This document shows, in pieces, positions 60,301-64,000 of a stretch of DNA of 64,000 nucleotides. Made by a program: the position numbers and the translations under genes. The notes below the pieces were generated by a model. It was not told the DNA's origin. It saw nothing but the letters and a program-made list of their open reading frames with translations, and did no database searches. The stretch is from an uncultured bacterium. Lineage in GTDB: Bacteria > CAYUVA01. Position 1 is the first letter of the stretch; every line of letters starts with the position of its first letter. The stretch is taken from contig CAYUVA010000003.1 of NCBI GenBank assembly GCA_964448115.1, positions 1-64,000 on the forward strand. The letters run 5' to 3'.

Positions 60301-61599
60301 TTGCGGAAAAAAGACCCATTGGCTATAAAGATCGAAGTTAATACTTCGGATAACATGGCAAGAAAGACAGAAAATAAAAGGTCTTATCTGGGTGATGGGA
60401 TGTCCTTCGGCAGGATGAGACCGCTGCTAGGAGCTAGAACTACCGAATATTACAGCATCTTCGCATCATCGAGGCGTGCTTGCGTTGTCGATTCGCAAGG
60501 GGTTGCGCTCTGGAACCTGCCCAAGCCGAGGCTGGCACGGATAACCGCTATGGAGATCAATCCTGGGCAGAACCGTTGTTTTCTAGGTTATTCAAATCGC
60601 TGCCTGGCAATCATCGATTACAAGACCGGGGGGCAGATAAACTCATTCCGAATCCCTTTTGTTCCTCTGCTCATAATCCCGGCGCGCAGCCAGGAGCTTA
60701 TCCTTTGCGGTAACAGATCGCTCCATGTCTTGAATATCGATTCCGGTGAGTTGCGAATGATGACCAGGATAGAACAACCGTTCGGGCAGATGGTTTATAA
60801 CTCACAGGGCGATATCTTCTATCAGCAAAAAAACGGAGCCCTGGTATCCATCGAGACCGACTCCACCAGGATCAATACCGATAGCAGCAACTCAACTCGC
60901 TTTGAGCGGATGTTCACCAGTAACGATGGAAGGCTGCTCATGGGCTATCATGTTGACATGGGGAGCAGCACCATCGAGTGGCGGGATTGCATATCGCTTC
61001 GCTATTTCGGCAAGCTGCGCCTGGATGGCAAGGTAAGCGCTGCCGCACCTTATGGTAGATCCCACTTTCTGATCAATGTCGGAAAGGAGCTATTGATTAT
61101 CAATCCAGTTGAGCCGGAGCATATTCTGCCTCGATTTACCCTGAAGCACCCGGTGCGATTCATTTACAACTACCAGGATCGCTATCTTTTCACTCAAGAG
61201 GCATCTGGCAAGATTGTAAGATACCTTTTACCTAAGCAAAATGTGGATGATATAATCATCTCTTTTAAGGCTGATATTAGCATCCCAACAAGTAAGGATC
61301 TCGAAGGGATTGTGCTCGGTTATCTAAAGGACATTCTGTCCATAATAGGCTTGAAGTACGAGTCAGCGATAGCCCTCGCAGGCTCCAGGCGGCTTATCGA
61401 GGAATGCGAGAGAGATTATTTCAATGACACAGCCAATGCGCTGATAAGGCTGCGCGAGGTGCTTCGAGAGAATGGCTTGGCATCCTCTGAGCTGGATGAT
61501 TTTATGAACCAGCACTTTAATAGGATAACCAGCCTATTCCTGGAGAATCTGGCTCTCATTCGCCGCCAGCGGGGCTACTGGCAGAGTTACAATAATTAG
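60301..61599 (+). CDS. Hypothetical protein, probable WD40-like beta-propeller plus helical C-terminus
   Basis: Long ORF with repeated beta-strand units (ITAMEINPGQNRCFLG..LAIIDYKTG; LHVLNIDSG; FTSNDGRLLMG); start uncertain (TTG 60301 or a downstream ATG). Confidence 0.55.
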   Translation: MRKKDPLAIKIEVNTSDNMARKTENKRSYLGDGMSFGRMRPLLGARTTEYYSIFASSRRACVVDSQGVALWNLPKPRLARITAMEINPGQNRCFLGYSNRCLAIIDYKTGGQINSFRIPFVPLLIIPARSQELILCGNRSLHVLNIDSGELRMMTRIEQPFGQMVYNSQGDIFYQQKNGALVSIETDSTRINTDSSNSTRFERMFTSNDGRLLMGYHVDMGSSTIEWRDCISLRYFGKLRLDGKVSAAAPYGRSHFLINVGKELLIINPVEPEHILPRFTLKHPVRFIYNYQDRYLFTQEASGKIVRYLLPKQNVDDIIISFKADISIPTSKDLEGIVLGYLKDILSIIGLKYESAIALAGSRRLIEECERDYFNDTANALIRLREVLRENGLASSELDDFMNQHFNRITSLFLENLALIRRQRGYWQSYNN

Positions 61600-61618
61600 G
61601 CTTGAGGCTATTAGCCTC

Positions 61619-61833
61619 TCATTCGACATCCTCCCAGCATGGCGATCCGAAAACACCATCCTCGGCCAGGCGTACCGGCACCCCTCTTGAAATTCGTATC
61701 TTTTATATATCGCTAGCGTAGTTATAGGTGAGGATATCATTGATGTTGAGCCGAGAACTATTCGAGGTGATCACCGTATAGACGACCCACTCCCTATCAG
61801 AAGAGAAATCAGCCTCGATAGCGGGAATTACTG
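61619..61833 (-). pseudogene. Remnant of a TolB/PD40-like beta-propeller C-terminus
   Basis: Reads VIPAIEADFSSDREWVVY..YASDI*KIRISRGVPVRLAEDGVFGSPCWEDVE*; internal TAA at 61703-61705, no start. Confidence 0.4.
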
Positions 61834-62457
61834 CTATGGAATGACTAATTTATCGACCATCTCGTGGAACAGCTCGAATTCTGATTCCCCTATGTAAGGT
61901 TTACATATTGATAATACCTGCTCGATATCATCGGGAACCGCTCCAGCACGCAAGGCTCCCTTGAGGTGCGAGGAAAGCTGCCTGGGGAGATTAAGCACTA
62001 TTATTTGGGCTATTACACATAGTTCCTTGAGTATTAATGGGCAAAAGGGACGGGAGAAGACCTTGCCATAAGCATCAGTCAGTATCCACTCGATGAACTG
62101 GGGATGAGTAGAGGCGATCTTCTCAATCACTAAATTTGCATTATCTTGATAAATAAACTCGAACAGTTTCCTGCCACGCTCGGCGTATCCTTCCATGACA
62201 TCATTTTCATGCTCGATGAAACAAAACTCTCCTCGATAATTCGGATCAAGCTCAATCAATGTCTCTTTCATCGTATGCAGCGCATTTATTGCCCTCGGAA
62301 AGCCTGAGAATAGAAAGCTCTGCAGGATAACCTCGTTTATCATTGTCGCCTCGATGCCTTGCTTGAGCGCTTTTTTTATTGCCTCGCTGAGCTTATCCTG
62401 CAATCCGAGCGAGGAGGCTATGGAGATCTCCACGAGCATTCTATCTTTACCATCCAT
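61834..62457 (-). CDS. Carboxymuconolactone decarboxylase/AhpD-like protein
   Basis: EVILQSFLFSGFPRAINA, RGRKLF, DAYGKVFSRP, KELC, QLSSHLKGALRAG. Start moved to ATG 62457. Confidence 0.85.
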   Translation of the reverse strand: MDGKDRMLVEISIASSLGLQDKLSEAIKKALKQGIEATMINEVILQSFLFSGFPRAINALHTMKETLIELDPNYRGEFCFIEHENDVMEGYAERGRKLFEFIYQDNANLVIEKIASTHPQFIEWILTDAYGKVFSRPFCPLILKELCVIAQIIVLNLPRQLSSHLKGALRAGAVPDDIEQVLSICKPYIGESEFELFHEMVDKLVIP

Positions 62458-62577
62458 AGTAATACTCAATACTAGCCAGGCTTGATGTTTGTCAACCGGG
62501 TAATGCTGATTTGGGCTTAATTTGATAATTCCATAGAAAAAGCGATATACTACTTGTTTGTAGAAGGAGTATTGGTC

Positions 62578-63255
62578 ATGAGAATAAATATGGCTTCGAT
62601 AACTGTGATTGCGCTGATTGCGGTATTCGGCACGAGCCACGCCGGCTGGCGACTGGCATACCAACTCCCTTCTGATGATTTATCCTGGGGCATAAGCGCC
62701 CCGGATGCAACCCATGTCTATGTTGCCGGTATGAGCGACTCGCCGCCCTGCAATATGGGCTGCGTGATGGGCACCAGAGACGGCGAGAGCTGGAACTTCG
62801 ATGAGAGCTACTCTGCCAATCACATGATAATGCAGTGCGACTTCGTAAATGAGAATCTCGGTTATGCCTGCGGCACCGAGACCATCATACTTAAATACGA
62901 GGGTGAGGGACAGGAAGACACCCCGACCGCCACGGCAACAGATTCCACTCCCCCGCGCATCCTGGTGGCTGGCTACATGCATACCCGCCTCACCTCCAGG
63001 AACGGCGGCACATTCACCATGATGGCGGTATGCCGCGACCCGCTGATGGCGGTGTATGGCTATGTGGGACTGTATTTCAATCATACTTATACAGGTGTGG
63101 ATCTTGCTCTGGTCGATCCAACTAGCCTGGTTTACTCCTTCCCGGAGACGAACCTGGGGGCTGGCTTGGGAAGTGACAGGCTTATATTAGGCTTGAAAGC
63201 GCATCGGAGCTTATACACCAGCGCTGAGTGGCCCTGGCTTGAGGTGCCAGAATAG
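62578..63255 (+). CDS. Small secreted protein: partial YCF48/BNR-like blades, PT linker, GY(M)HT..WPWL C-terminal domain
   Basis: GAAGGAG RBS before ATG 62578; signal to ..GTSHA; TRDGESW, FVNENLGYACG..ILKY; TPTATAT; terminal CTD. Confidence 0.75.
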   Translation: MRINMASITVIALIAVFGTSHAGWRLAYQLPSDDLSWGISAPDATHVYVAGMSDSPPCNMGCVMGTRDGESWNFDESYSANHMIMQCDFVNENLGYACGTETIILKYEGEGQEDTPTATATDSTPPRILVAGYMHTRLTSRNGGTFTMMAVCRDPLMAVYGYVGLYFNHTYTGVDLALVDPTSLVYSFPETNLGAGLGSDRLILGLKAHRSLYTSAEWPWLEVPE

Positions 63256-63288
63256 GCTTGAGGCTCGAGTATATATGCTTAGTTTAAT

Positions 63289-64000
63289 ATGGGTGATACA
63301 GATAAAATAAGGGCTTCCATCATCATAATCACCTCCGGGATGCACTCCTACCTTGAGGAATGCGTTGAAAAGTGCCTAGAGATCCCTGCCCATGATTACG
63401 AGATCATAATTGTCCCCGACCAGCCTTTGCAGTTTGATGATCCCAAGATCAGGGTGATCCCGTCAGGTGATGCCGGTCCCTCCAAGAAAAAGAACATCGG
63501 CGCTATTCACGCCAAGGGGGAGGTTCTCGCCTTCATCGACTCCGATGCTTATCCTGCTGAAAAATGGCTACAGAACGGGTTGAAATACTTTGATGATCCC
63601 CAGGTCGCCGTGGTTGGTGGACCCAACCTGACGCCTAAGGATGACTCGCTTCTCCAGCAGGCAAATGGCATAATCCTGGGTTCATCGCTCGGCTCTGGAC
63701 CCTTTGCAGCTCGCTATGATCAAAGGAGCCTGCGCGAGGGGCACGAGCTTCCCTCGTGCAATCTGTTCATCAGGAAATCTGCCTGGGAGAAGATAGGAGG
63801 CTTCCAACTCGATCTCTGGCCTGGCGAGGATGCCAAGTTCTGCTTCCAGGTCATGGATGAGCTTGGAATGCGGGTCATCTACGCGCCGGAGGTGGTCGTC
63901 TATCATCATCGAAGAAAGCTGTATCTGCCATACTTGAAGCAGATCTGGGGATACGGTTACACCAAGGGTAAGATCATAACTGGCTTCTCCAAGCTGCATC
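63289..64000 (+). CDS. GT2 glycosyltransferase, 3'-truncated by the window edge (absent from the ORF track)
   Basis: MGDTDKIRASIIIIT..DYEIIIVPD..GPSKKKNIG..GEVLAFIDSDAYP..VGGP..SCNLFIRK..GGF..GED; open to 64000. Confidence 0.9.
   Translation, partial: MGDTDKIRASIIIITSGMHSYLEECVEKCLEIPAHDYEIIIVPDQPLQFDDPKIRVIPSGDAGPSKKKNIGAIHAKGEVLAFIDSDAYPAEKWLQNGLKYFDDPQVAVVGGPNLTPKDDSLLQQANGIILGSSLGSGPFAARYDQRSLREGHELPSCNLFIRKSAWEKIGGFQLDLWPGEDAKFCFQVMDELGMRVIYAPEVVVYHHRRKLYLPYLKQIWGYGYTKGKIITGFSKLH

Noticed and set aside
1-64000. CRISPR array, rRNA, tRNA, transposase, integrase or prophage genes
   Set aside because: No regularly spaced repeat-spacer array, cloverleaf or recognisable mobile-element protein was seen. 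The palindromes found are irregular and number only 2-4 per site.

Overview
Bacterial chromosomal segment, probably from a scaffolded draft or metagenome assembly (one 10-N gap at 26252-26261). The cell envelope is likely diderm (MlaE, GspF, Wzm, WaaE-like GT2). It carries ordinary housekeeping blocks (phoH-7TM/HD-ybeY-CNNM-era; pyrE-hisC; xseB-tlyA-nadK; yhaM; dnaB; mtnP-pfkB; ferredoxin) and a dense set of envelope and glycosylation genes (about six polytopic GT-C-like proteins, a polyprenol-phosphate-mannose synthase, several GT2/GT4). The strongest unexplained signal is a ~100-aa C-terminal domain ([AG]GYWDT...PTG...LEL.A.D...WP.L) present in five copies across four dispersed signal-peptide proteins of different architecture, a candidate lineage-specific sorting/anchoring domain. 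Also notable: a 5'-truncated MrfA/DUF1998-type helicase with degenerate ATPase motifs fused to a DA1-like HEXXH peptidase; a plasmid-type RepA-like gene directly upstream of pyrE-hisC with no mobile-element context; an EMC3/TMCO1(DUF106)-like membrane protein; a secreted-protein gene split by one in-frame TAA; and clusters of REP-like palindromes. I saw no rRNA, tRNA, CRISPR array, transposase or integrase. All family calls come from reading motifs by eye; no database searches were run.
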